Shown one piece after another: positions 37,246 to 45,927 of a DNA stretch of 64,000 nt. The position numbers and the translations under genes were made by a program. The stretch comes from a bacterium. Lineage in GTDB: Bacteria > Patescibacteriota > CPR2 > UBA1875 > JAJYID01. The DNA is taken from contig JAUSJO010000005.1 in assembly GCA_030647205.1 (NCBI GenBank), positions 202,523 to 266,522 on the forward strand, given 5' to 3'. The notes under the pieces were generated by a model, which saw only the letters and a program-made list of their open reading frames with translations, had not been told where the DNA came from and did no database searches. How positions within the stretch are numbered: the stretch's first letter is position 1; every line of letters begins with the position of its first letter.

Positions 37246-39576
37246 CTAGCCTTTTTTCTTCGAGAACCTAGTTCTTCTGCCTTTTTGTGACGGGCCATCG
37301 CTCATGATTTTTAGGACATCTTCATAAGTGAATTTTTCGATGTCTGTATCTTTTGGAATGCGGTAGTTATTTTTTCCTACTTTAAGGAATGCTCCCCATC
37401 GTCCTTTCAGGACTTGCGCTTCAGGATTTTCAGAGAAAATCTTCAGTATTCGTTCTTTATTCGCTTTTCTTTTTTCTTCAATAAGTTCTATTGCTCTATC
37501 TAACTCTATCGTCATCGGATCATCGCCGCTATCTTTACTTATAGAAGCAAAAAGTCCGTCATGGCTTACGTAAGGTCCAAATCTGCCGACATTTGCCACG
37601 ACATCTTTGTCTTCGTACTGTCCAACTACGCGAGGAAGCTTGAACAGATCCATAGCTTCTTCGAATGTAATAGTAAAAATGCTCTGGTCTTTTTGGAGTG
37701 AGGCGAACTTCGGTTTTTCTTCGTCCTCTGCTTTTCCTATCTGTACCATTGGTCCATATCGGCCGATGCGGGCGAATACTTCCTTGCCTGTCGCAGGGTC
37801 TACCCCTAGATTACGGCCTTCTTTTGGTGCCGGGGCTCCACTTTCTTTGGTTGACACGTTTTCTATCGCCGAGTGAAACGGTCCATAGAACTTTCCTATC
37901 ATCTTATCCCATTTCAGTTTTCCTTCGGCGACCTCATCAAACTCTTCCTCTACTGATGCGGTAAACCCATAGTTCATAACTTCATCAAAGTTGTCGACCA
38001 AAAAGTCAGTCACCAGCATGCCGACATCCGTTGGGAAAAGTTTTTGTTTTTCGGCACCCGTGGTTTCCTCTTTTGTTTCATAAGAAAATTTGCCATTTTT
38101 TAGCAACAGATAATCGTATTTTCTTATCTCTCCTTCACGGCTCTCTTTCACGATGTAGTTTCTTTTTTGAATTGTAGAAATGGTTGGCGCATAGGTAGAA
38201 GGACGGCCGATGCCAAGTTCTTCCATTTTTTTGACCAGACTTGCCTCAGTGTAGCGCGGCGGATGCAGTGTAAATCGCTGTGTAGCAAATATCTCATTAT
38301 ATTTTAACTGTTGCCCTACTTTCAAAACAGGCAGCAAACCTTCTTTACCCGTATCATTTTCATCATCATCTAGAGACTCTATATATACTTTTAGGAAACC
38401 GTCGAACTGGATCACTTCGCCTTCGGCAATAAACTCTTCTTTGCGGCCGGAAACGGTGATAGTTACCGTTGTGCGCTCAAGCCTAGCCTCAGCCATCTGC
38501 GATGCGAGTGTGCGCTTCCAGATAAGGCTGTATAGTTTTTCTTCAGAAAGGTCTGATCCGGCTTCCCTCACATTCATAACTGTGGGATGTATTGCCTCAT
38601 GAGCTTCTTGCGCTCCTTTGCTTTTTGTTACATATCTCGTAGGGCGCGAGTATTCTTTGCCAAAGCTTTTTACGATTTCATTTTCTGAAGCTGCTATCGC
38701 GGTCTCACTTAAGTTCACGCTATCCGTACGCATATAAGTAATGTGCCCGGCTTCGTACAGTTTTTGCGCCACTGACATAGTGCGCGCTACCGAGAAACCA
38801 AGTTTGCGGGCTGCTTCCTGTTGTAGGGTAGAAGTTGTAAATGGTGCTGACGGAGATTTCTTTGCAGGTTTCTTTACTAAATCGCGAATATCAAACTTAG
38901 CGTCTTTACAGGCGTTCAAGAAATCTTCTGCCTCTTGGCGTGAACTGAACTTTTTATTTAGCTCAGCTTTGAGTGTGGTATCACCTGCTTCAAAAAGCGC
39001 TGTTGTTTTGTAAAAAGATGTTGATTTGTGGTCTTGTATTTTCCTCTCACGTTCTACTATTAAACGGACGGCGACTGACTGAACACGACCGGCAGATAGA
39101 GATGGTTGTACCTTCTTCCACAGTACCGGAGACAGCTCATATCCGACTAGCCTGTCGAGGACCCTTCTTGCCTGCTGGGCATTGAAAAGATCTTCATTTA
39201 GCTTCCCAGGTTCCTGAATAGCTTTTTCAATAGCGCCCTTGGTGATCTCGTGGAATGTTATTCTTTTTGCATCTTTGTGCCCTATCATTTCTGCCACATG
39301 CCAGGCTATCGCCTCTCCTTCTCTATCCGGGTCAGTTGCGAGGTAGACTTGACCGGCTGACTTTGCCTCTTTTTTTATGATTGCGATATGATTTTTTGAC
39401 TTGTCTGGAATAATGTATTCCGGCTGGAAACCATGCTCAATGTCTACCCCCATTTTGCTTTTCGGTAAATCACGAATATGGCCATAGGTAGCCACAACCT
39501 TATATTCCGGTCCCAGATATTTTTCTATCGTGCTTGATTTTGCGGGTGACTCGACGATCACCAGATTTTTTGCCAT
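37246..39576 (-). CDS. topA: DNA topoisomerase I
   Basis: 776 aa; Toprim N-terminus LVIVESPAKSSTIEKYLG, active-site Tyr region, C-terminal repeats. Confidence 0.95.
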   Translation of the reverse strand: MAKNLVIVESPAKSSTIEKYLGPEYKVVATYGHIRDLPKSKMGVDIEHGFQPEYIIPDKSKNHIAIIKKEAKSAGQVYLATDPDREGEAIAWHVAEMIGHKDAKRITFHEITKGAIEKAIQEPGKLNEDLFNAQQARRVLDRLVGYELSPVLWKKVQPSLSAGRVQSVAVRLIVERERKIQDHKSTSFYKTTALFEAGDTTLKAELNKKFSSRQEAEDFLNACKDAKFDIRDLVKKPAKKSPSAPFTTSTLQQEAARKLGFSVARTMSVAQKLYEAGHITYMRTDSVNLSETAIAASENEIVKSFGKEYSRPTRYVTKSKGAQEAHEAIHPTVMNVREAGSDLSEEKLYSLIWKRTLASQMAEARLERTTVTITVSGRKEEFIAEGEVIQFDGFLKVYIESLDDDENDTGKEGLLPVLKVGQQLKYNEIFATQRFTLHPPRYTEASLVKKMEELGIGRPSTYAPTISTIQKRNYIVKESREGEIRKYDYLLLKNGKFSYETKEETTGAEKQKLFPTDVGMLVTDFLVDNFDEVMNYGFTASVEEEFDEVAEGKLKWDKMIGKFYGPFHSAIENVSTKESGAPAPKEGRNLGVDPATGKEVFARIGRYGPMVQIGKAEDEEKPKFASLQKDQSIFTITFEEAMDLFKLPRVVGQYEDKDVVANVGRFGPYVSHDGLFASISKDSGDDPMTIELDRAIELIEEKRKANKERILKIFSENPEAQVLKGRWGAFLKVGKNNYRIPKDTDIEKFTYEDVLKIMSDGPSQKGRRTRFSKKKG

Positions 39577-39582
39577 AATATT

Positions 39583-40692
39583 TTAGTTTAAAATGTAAAC
39601 CATGCCTCCTAAGTTTTTTACTTTACCCTTTATTTCCATGAGCGTCAAGGTAGAAATAATTAGCTGGCTTTCTTTGCCGCTTCCTTTAATAATCTCATCA
39701 ATATGTTTTTCGCCATCTTCCAAAATACCAAAAACTGCGGCTTCATTTTCATTGGACGGTTTTGATTTAACTGTTCCATTTTTCGCCGTATGACCATAGA
39801 ACTCAAAAATGTCTTCTGCTTCGGTGATAAGATTTGCCCCCATTTTTAAGAGTTTGTTTGTTCCGCTTGATGACTCGCCAAAGATTGGTCCTGGGATTGC
39901 AAATACATCGCGGTTTTGCTCTAGTGCATCTCTTGCAGTAATTAAAGCACCAGACCTAATGTTGGCCTCGACTACTAGTATTCCCTGCGAAAGTCCGGAT
40001 ATAATCCTGTTTCGTGCCGGAAAATGTTGTTTTAGGGGTGGTTTTCCGGGCATATACTCACTTATTACAACCCCTCCAGACTCAATAATTTTCTTAAATA
40101 AGTTTGTGTTTGTTACCGGATAAGGTTTATCTAGGCCACAGCCGAGAACTGCTACCGTCTTTCCTTGTTCAAGAAGTGTTGTTTCGTGGACAAAAGTATC
40201 TACGCCAAGTGCCATGCCGCTCACAACTACATATCCCGCTTGAGCTAGACCTGAGACGATTTTTTCTGTAGCATTCTTGCCGTAGGTCGTGATCTTCCTA
40301 GACCCAACGACAGCGATGCTTGGCGCGCTCAAAACATCAATATTCCCCCTGTAGTATAGAACCACAGGCGGTGAAAATATCTCTTTCAAGAGTTTTGGAT
40401 AGTTGTCATCAAGAATTGTTAATGCTTTGATGTCTAGCCTCTGGAGACTTTCTACTAAAACATCAGGGTCTATAGCTTGTCGTTCCTTTAGAAGCTTTTC
40501 AACAAACACTTCTTGGCCAAGTCTTGCCCGCACTATGCTATCTGGCATTTCCCATAGTTCCTGGAATCTGAGACCGCTTTTTTGAATCTTTTCGAAACGT
40601 TTATTGCCAATGGTATTTAGCGCTTTATCGATCGCTAAAATGTACTTTATTTTATTAAAATTATGGTTATTTTTTGCCATTTTTGAGCACAA
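39583..40692 (-). CDS. dprA: DNA-processing protein DprA (Smf)
   Basis: 369 aa; Rossmann-like domain VVSGMALGVDTFVHETTL...VLGCGLDKPYP; conserved dprA-topA adjacency. Confidence 0.9.
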   Translation of the reverse strand: MCSKMAKNNHNFNKIKYILAIDKALNTIGNKRFEKIQKSGLRFQELWEMPDSIVRARLGQEVFVEKLLKERQAIDPDVLVESLQRLDIKALTILDDNYPKLLKEIFSPPVVLYYRGNIDVLSAPSIAVVGSRKITTYGKNATEKIVSGLAQAGYVVVSGMALGVDTFVHETTLLEQGKTVAVLGCGLDKPYPVTNTNLFKKIIESGGVVISEYMPGKPPLKQHFPARNRIISGLSQGILVVEANIRSGALITARDALEQNRDVFAIPGPIFGESSSGTNKLLKMGANLITEAEDIFEFYGHTAKNGTVKSKPSNENEAAVFGILEDGEKHIDEIIKGSGKESQLIISTLTLMEIKGKVKNLGGMVYILN

Positions 40693-40717
40693 TTCTTATG
40701 TTTTATCAAAAAAAGTG

Positions 40718-40746
40718 TTGACATAAGTTCTTTAATATGTTAATAT
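40718..40746 (+). promoter_or_regulatory. Canonical sigma-70-like promoter (TTGACA-17-TAATAT) with no downstream ORF
   Basis: Perfect -35, 17-nt spacer, near-consensus -10; points into a ~200-nt ORF-free segment ending at the hairpin 40936-40975. Confidence 0.45.
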
Positions 40747-40752
40747 GTTCTA

Positions 40753-40975
40753 TCGTACCTTTAAAGCAGGTTCTAGGTAGGAACCTACTAACAAGTTCAG
40801 CTTTCTTAAATCACCCTCCTTTAAGTTGCTTGCTTGTTGGTAGGTTTCTCCCTACAACACGCCAGTCAGCATATTTGCAGTGACTTGGTAAAGTCTTTCG
40901 TGACAGATGTTGGAAATATGGGAGATTTTTTGAAAATTAGGAGAACTGATCCTTTAAGGAGTAGCTCTCCTAATT
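40753..40975 (+). ncRNA. Candidate small RNA (promoter-to-terminator unit, ~220 nt)
   Basis: Bounded by promoter 40718-40746 and terminator hairpin; internal hairpins (GGTTC-TAGGTAG-GAACC; GTAGG...CCTAC); the only overlapping ORF (40834-41034) runs through the terminator and looks spurious. Confidence 0.3.
40936..40975. terminator. Bidirectional rho-independent terminator downstream of pth
   Basis: ATTAGGAGA...TCTCCTAAT 9-bp stem flanked by A-run and TTTTTTT. Confidence 0.6.
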
Positions 40976-40978
40976 TTT

Positions 40979-41545
40979 TTATTCTATTTTCAATGTTTTT
41001 GGTTCTTTATCTCCTGACTTCAGTATCTCCCTGATTTCTTTCACACATAAATCTATAATTTCCTGCAATTTCCCCTCTTCATCTTTGCTAAATCTCTGCA
41101 AAACAAAATCCTCAGTTTCTATTTTTTCTAGCATTTCATTTTTTACACCGACTCGCAGTCTCAGGAAATCCTGAGTTCCGAGGTGGTTAATTATAGAGTC
41201 TATACCTTTGTGGCCGGCTGATGAACCGCCCTCTCTAACTCGAACTTCGCCGAACGGAATATCAACATCATCGTGGATTACCCAAATATTTTCCGGGGCA
41301 ACTTTATAGTAGTCAGCGAAAGACTTCACCGCTTCTCCGGATAGGTTCATAAATGTTTGAGGTTTCATTAGAACGGCGCTATCCTCATGCTCACAAATTT
41401 CTGCATTAAACTTTTTTTCGGGTTTGAACTCGTTCTCGCAAAGCGCATCTAAAACTAGAAAACCTGCATTGTGCCGTGTTTTCTCATATTTCGCGCCGGG
41501 ATTACCCAGGCCTACGATAAGCGTTTTTACTTTCATAAATAACAT
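40979..41545 (-). CDS. pth: Peptidyl-tRNA hydrolase
   Basis: 188 aa; LIVGLGNPGAKYEKTRHNAGFLVLDAL. Confidence 0.95.
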   Translation of the reverse strand: MLFMKVKTLIVGLGNPGAKYEKTRHNAGFLVLDALCENEFKPEKKFNAEICEHEDSAVLMKPQTFMNLSGEAVKSFADYYKVAPENIWVIHDDVDIPFGEVRVREGGSSAGHKGIDSIINHLGTQDFLRLRVGVKNEMLEKIETEDFVLQRFSKDEEGKLQEIIDLCVKEIREILKSGDKEPKTLKIE

Positions 41546-41578
41546 TATAATGAATTTTTGTTATAAACAAAAGGGAAA

Positions 41579-41599
41579 GGCCCCGATAATATCGGGGCC
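41579..41599 (-). terminator. Terminator hairpin (GGCCCCG-ATAATAT-CGGGGCC) on minus strand
   Basis: 7-bp GC stem followed on the minus strand by TTTCCCTTTTGTTT. Confidence 0.55.
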
Positions 41600-41731
41600 T
41601 CATTGGTGAGGAGTCAGCTTGGGCCGTAGAGTTCATATATCTACTATGCTCGAGCTGTCTCCTTTCGGCCTAGCTGGCCGAGAAGCTGCCTCTTCTATGC
41701 AACGAGAGGCAAACCTTTATACCCTGACTCT
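41600..41731 (-). ncRNA. GC-rich candidate structured RNA (possibly small SRP RNA/ffs-like)
   Basis: Locally GC-rich ~130-nt ORF-poor segment between a Zn-finger gene and a terminator; minus strand reads CCAGCUAGGCC-GAAA-GGAGACAGC, resembling the 4.5S domain IV core CCAGGUCAGGUCC-GGAA-GGAAGCAGCC (GNRA loop plus flanking internal-loop pattern); fold not verified. Confidence 0.3.
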
Positions 41732-41986
41732 TTAGCTTTCAGGGATATTTTCAGGAACCTTGAAACGTCTTGCATGCACGTCCATACCAGCAATCCCTGC
41801 TGCACTGTTTTTTGCCCCCTTCATTTTCAGGCAAAACTCGCATGGACGGCTGACGGTGCCCGTTCCTTTGCATTTTGCGCAGCGTGAGTCGCGGCCTTGG
41901 CAGACTGGGCAAGTTGTTGTAACTACCCCGCCAACACAGTCAGTGTCAGTACACTGCATCGGAGTAGATGTCCTATATTCGGTCAT
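41732..41986 (-). CDS. Small DnaJ-type zinc-finger protein (CxxCxGxG repeats)
   Basis: 84 aa; strong SD AGAGGGAG 7 nt upstream of ATG; motifs CPVCQGRD and CAKCKGTG, plus CEFC and CTDTDC. Confidence 0.6.
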   Translation of the reverse strand: MTEYRTSTPMQCTDTDCVGGVVTTTCPVCQGRDSRCAKCKGTGTVSRPCEFCLKMKGAKNSAAGIAGMDVHARRFKVPENIPES

Positions 41987-42084
41987 AATGTGCTCCCTCT
42001 TTTCGGGTTAAAAAAATCCTGCCCTCGCAGAACTTTTAGGTTTTCATAATTAAATCTTAAACGATCTTTTCACAAAAAGCAATC

Positions 42085-43467
42085 TTAGGATTTTGATTTC
42101 GCCCGAAAGTTAAGTCTTATAGGAGTGCCAGTGAAGTCCCATTTTTCGCGGATTCTGTTTTCCAAATATCTTTGATATGAAAAATGTACTTTGTCGGGAT
42201 AGTTTGCGAAAAAGACAAATGTCGGAGGATTTATGTCAGCTTGCGTGGCATACTTTATATTGACCTGATGCTTGTCGGTGCTGACCGGTGGTTTCTTTAG
42301 GATTACTTTATTGAAAAAGTCGTTTAGGTCACTCGTTGGTACTCTTGTTGCCCTTTTTTCTTTTATCTCTAAAATTAAATCTAAAACCTTACTGACGTTC
42401 TTTCCACTTATAGATGAAACAAAGATTAGCGGAGCATATGGTAGAAATTCAAACTTATATCGTGCCAGTCGGGTGAACGCTTCTGCTGTATCCCATGTAT
42501 GACCAACGCTTTTTTCTTTAAACAGGTCCGATTTGTTTACGACTATAATCACGCCATTCCTAGCGTCTTTGATATATCCTGCGATATGCATGTCTTGTGA
42601 GGTGATGCCGTCTGCAGCGTCAATGATTAAAATCGAGATATCTGACTCTTCAAGCGCTGTTTTTGTCCTGTCGGCTGAAAACTTCTCAACTATTCCGTCC
42701 CTACTCTTTCCTTGAACTTTCCCTATTTTTCCGCGACGTCTTAAGCCCGCAGTATCTAAAAAAGTAATATCTTCATCTTTATAGTTAATTACGGTGGAGT
42801 TCACGTCTCTAGTTGTGCCTGGTACTTCTGAGACGATAAACTTTTCCTCATCAATCAGCTTATTTAAAAATGATGATTTGCCGGCATTAGGTCTTCCAAC
42901 AATAGATACGCGGATACCGCTTTGCCCCTCATCCTTGATCGGCGTCGAAGGATCTTGAGATTTCTCGGCTTCGACCGGAGGGAGACAATCAGAAATTTTT
43001 TCTAAAATCTTGCTGGTCCCTTTGTTCTGAATCGCTGATACTTCTATCGGATCACCAAACCCTAGTTTGTAGAATTCGCTCGACTGCGCCACGCTCTTTA
43101 TGGTGTCAGCTTTATTTATAACTAAAATGGTTTCTTTCTTTAGTTTTCTTAAATACTCGGCAATTTTTTGGTCTTCTGCAGTAATGCCGGTAGATGCATC
43201 GACGACGAAAAATATCAGCTCTACTCCTGCTATATTTTGTTCGAACTGACTTTTTACTTTTTTCTTTAGTTCGTCTTTCAGCTCTTTCTCAACCCCGGCA
43301 GTGTCAGCAATACAAAAAGACCCATCCCCCAGTGAGATCGTGTGCTCGTTCCAGTCGCGGGTGGTTCCCGGGACGTCAGTTGTGATGGCCTGTTTTTTGC
43401 CGACTAGTCGATTAAATATCGAACTTTTTCCGACATTTGGGCGGCCGATAAGGGCTACTTTATACAT
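42085..43467 (-). CDS. der: Ribosome-biogenesis GTPase Der/EngA (tandem GTPase domains + KH)
   Basis: 460 aa; two G1 motifs GRPNVGKSS and GRPNAGKSS; DTAG repeats; C-terminal KH-like domain. Confidence 0.95.
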   Translation of the reverse strand: MYKVALIGRPNVGKSSIFNRLVGKKQAITTDVPGTTRDWNEHTISLGDGSFCIADTAGVEKELKDELKKKVKSQFEQNIAGVELIFFVVDASTGITAEDQKIAEYLRKLKKETILVINKADTIKSVAQSSEFYKLGFGDPIEVSAIQNKGTSKILEKISDCLPPVEAEKSQDPSTPIKDEGQSGIRVSIVGRPNAGKSSFLNKLIDEEKFIVSEVPGTTRDVNSTVINYKDEDITFLDTAGLRRRGKIGKVQGKSRDGIVEKFSADRTKTALEESDISILIIDAADGITSQDMHIAGYIKDARNGVIIVVNKSDLFKEKSVGHTWDTAEAFTRLARYKFEFLPYAPLIFVSSISGKNVSKVLDLILEIKEKRATRVPTSDLNDFFNKVILKKPPVSTDKHQVNIKYATQADINPPTFVFFANYPDKVHFSYQRYLENRIREKWDFTGTPIRLNFRAKSKS

Positions 43468-43492
43468 ATTTTTTTATTAACTGCGTGAACAG

Positions 43493-44410
43493 TCACCAAT
43501 TATACACTAAATTGGACCATGTGAGAAGATTTCTTGTTTCATAGAAGCGGTCTCCGGCTCCAAGTATTACAAAAAGCACATCGTGGCCCTTCACTTTTGT
43601 CAGAGCTATGAGGCAGTCGCCGGCACCATTTGTGTGACCGGTTTTCACGCCAAACACGGTTGTACCATCGAGCAGGACATTCGTATTTTTGAGCGGATAT
43701 ATGTAACCTTCCTCTGATGTGAATGAAGCGCTGGAAGTTGAAACTATTTTTTTGAATTCCTCATTTTTCAGTAAGGTTCTTGCTAAGATTTGCAAATCAT
43801 TGCTCGATGCATAATTTCTCGTGCTGTCCCAACCGACCGGGTTATCATAGTGAGTATTTTTTAGCCCCAAGGCTTTTGCTTCCTCATTCATTTTATTTAT
43901 AAATTCATTATATCCGCCGGAATATAGATTATTTGCAATAGTTATCGCGGCGTCTGAGGCGGAGTTTATGAGGAGTGCTTTCAGTAAATTTCGATAAGAA
44001 ATTTCATCCCCTATCACAAGATTTGCCCGGGAGTCATCGGATCTCATTTTGGATAAATCGTTAACAGTTACTACTTTTGCTAGATTACCATCTTTTAAAA
44101 GCAGTCTCGCCGTCATCAACTTCGTAAGACTAGCAACCTCAACTGATGAATCTTTATTTTTCTCGAGCAGTACTTCGCCCGTTTCCATGTCTACCGCTTC
44201 ATAGTCATTAGCTCCAACACTTGGCGTATAGAATTTAGCTGTTTTATTTGGAAGCGGTGAAAAATCTATCAATGGAGGATTATTATTCGTAATTTGTTTT
44301 TTTTCTACTTTGACCTTATTTTCTAGATCTTTCTGCATATCCGAAACAAACGGAACTCCGTGTGGGATAATGTCGAGAAAGATTAAAGCAGCAACAATTA
44401 GAGTTTTCAT
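43493..44410 (-). CDS. D-alanyl-D-alanine carboxypeptidase (peptidase S11, DacA-like)
   Basis: 305 aa; signal/TM N-terminus; SxxK (ASLTKLM), SxN (INSASD), KTG (KTGHT). Confidence 0.85.
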   Translation of the reverse strand: MKTLIVAALIFLDIIPHGVPFVSDMQKDLENKVKVEKKQITNNNPPLIDFSPLPNKTAKFYTPSVGANDYEAVDMETGEVLLEKNKDSSVEVASLTKLMTARLLLKDGNLAKVVTVNDLSKMRSDDSRANLVIGDEISYRNLLKALLINSASDAAITIANNLYSGGYNEFINKMNEEAKALGLKNTHYDNPVGWDSTRNYASSNDLQILARTLLKNEEFKKIVSTSSASFTSEEGYIYPLKNTNVLLDGTTVFGVKTGHTNGAGDCLIALTKVKGHDVLFVILGAGDRFYETRNLLTWSNLVYNW

Positions 44411-44436
44411 ATAAGTATTGTAGTTTTTTTGTAAGC

Positions 44437-44460
44437 AAAAAGAAAGAGACCCGACGAATC
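44437..44460. terminator. Bidirectional terminator hairpin (GAGACCCG-ACGAAT-CGGGTCTC)
   Basis: 8-bp perfect stem with T-rich flanks on both strands. Confidence 0.55.
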
Positions 44461-44488
44461 GGGTCTCAGGTTTTGATATTCAGCTCGA

Positions 44489-45055
44489 TTATGACTCTTC
44501 GTAGAGCTTGTTAAGGTCAGCGATCTCATTTTCTCTTGCTTGTTGTGCTGAAGGGCTTACTGAAGGAAATGAAGCCGTACCTTTTTTGGGTTGCTTTGAG
44601 ACCTCTAGTGCCCTTTCCATGGCTGGCAATAGAATCTCTTTCCACCAGTCACTAAGCATCCTCGTTTGGTAGACTTGGGAACAAAAGTCGACTATCTTCA
44701 TTGCATCCCAAAGACCCCCCGGATTCCTTAAGATGGGGCTCTTGTCAAAGACTTCTTTCATTGCTTCGACGGCATCTGACCCTGCATGAGGGATAGAGTT
44801 AATAGCCGTTAATACTTTTAAACGAAAATCTAGATCGTTTTCCTTTGCCAGTTCGGCAGCTTTCTTGTAGGCCTTGATCCTATCGGTCCAAAAGCGACCA
44901 TATCTGCCCAGAGCAAAGAACTGTTCTTTTGTGACGCCATCGCTTTCAAGCACCTCATCAATAAACTTATTGATGATTTTCGTGTTGATCTTTGTTTCGT
45001 CGGTTTCTTCGGAGAAAGCTCCCATTTCTGCAAAGATTTGTGCCATCTTGTTCAC
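44489..45055 (-). CDS. Hypothetical protein (188 aa)
   Basis: Intact ORF with consistent codon usage; no recognisable motif. Confidence 0.5.
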   Translation of the reverse strand: MNKMAQIFAEMGAFSEETDETKINTKIINKFIDEVLESDGVTKEQFFALGRYGRFWTDRIKAYKKAAELAKENDLDFRLKVLTAINSIPHAGSDAVEAMKEVFDKSPILRNPGGLWDAMKIVDFCSQVYQTRMLSDWWKEILLPAMERALEVSKQPKKGTASFPSVSPSAQQARENEIADLNKLYEES

Positions 45056-45162
45056 TTATATCGCCTCCGGTTTTTTGCAGATATTAAAAAAAGAAGGTCC
45101 ACCCTCTTAAGCAGAATGATTATACCAAATTTTCATAAGAAGGTAAAATGCAATGAATATTT

Positions 45163-45822
45163 TTAAGGTAGGAAAGTTTTGTATTCCCCTTCTGCCAAGT
45201 CCTCTAGTTCAAAATCTTCAATCCGAATTCTTTTTAGCGTAATAACCTTTGCGCCAACGGCCTCTATCATCCTCCTGATCTGTCGGTTTTTGCCTTCGTG
45301 AATTATCATGGAATATTTTTTGCTGCCAGTCGCCTTGATTTTTGCCGGCGCTGTTTTGCCGTCTTCTAGTTCAACCCCGTGGCGCAGTTTGTCGAGCAAC
45401 TTTTCGGAAAGGAAATTGTCAGTTTCGACGATATACTCTTTTTCTTTTTCGTATTTCGGATGGGTCATTTTTTGCGCAAAATCGCCATCATTTGTTAATA
45501 TTATTAGCCCGGATGTATTTTTGTCTAAGCGTCCAACAGGAAAAACGGGTGGATCGTTCGGAACTAAATCTGTAATTATTTTTTTCGCGTGAGGATCGCT
45601 AGTAGTAGTTGTATATCCGACAGGTTTGTTTAACGCATAATAAACAAACTCTTGGGGAGCAATCATTTTTCCGTCTAAATAAACCTTGTCCGATTCGCCA
45701 ATCTGAGTACTTAAATCACGAGTTACTTCATCGTTCACTTTAACTTTTCCAGTCAAAACCAACTCTTCGGCTTTCCGTCGAGAGGTTTTAGTGCATGAAG
45801 CGATGTATTTATTGATACGCAT
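45163..45822 (-). CDS. RsuA/RluB-family rRNA pseudouridine synthase with S4 domain
   Basis: 219 aa; N-terminal S4 domain; catalytic motif GRLDKNTSGLIILTNDG. Confidence 0.85.
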   Translation of the reverse strand: MRINKYIASCTKTSRRKAEELVLTGKVKVNDEVTRDLSTQIGESDKVYLDGKMIAPQEFVYYALNKPVGYTTTTSDPHAKKIITDLVPNDPPVFPVGRLDKNTSGLIILTNDGDFAQKMTHPKYEKEKEYIVETDNFLSEKLLDKLRHGVELEDGKTAPAKIKATGSKKYSMIIHEGKNRQIRRMIEAVGAKVITLKRIRIEDFELEDLAEGEYKTFLP

Positions 45823-45927
45823 AAGGTAATTATACCCGTATAGCGCTACTCTGTCATCTTTATGGCGACTTGTTCAGTGTTTGGCAGCCAGTATTTATGA
45901 TATACTTTTAGGGTTAATACTTATGTT

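Noticed and set aside
41760-42011. 83-aa plus-strand ORF in the GC-rich region
   Set aside because: Antisense to the SD-preceded DnaJ-type zinc-finger gene on the minus strand; no RBS of its own.
41546-42084. tmRNA or RNase P RNA in the GC-rich region
   Set aside because: No tRNA-like 3' end (TTCGA...CCA), no recognisable tag-peptide reading frame and no P4 GGAAAGUCCGG-type motif were found by eye on either strand; most of the GC-richness is explained by the Cys/Gly-rich zinc-finger CDS.
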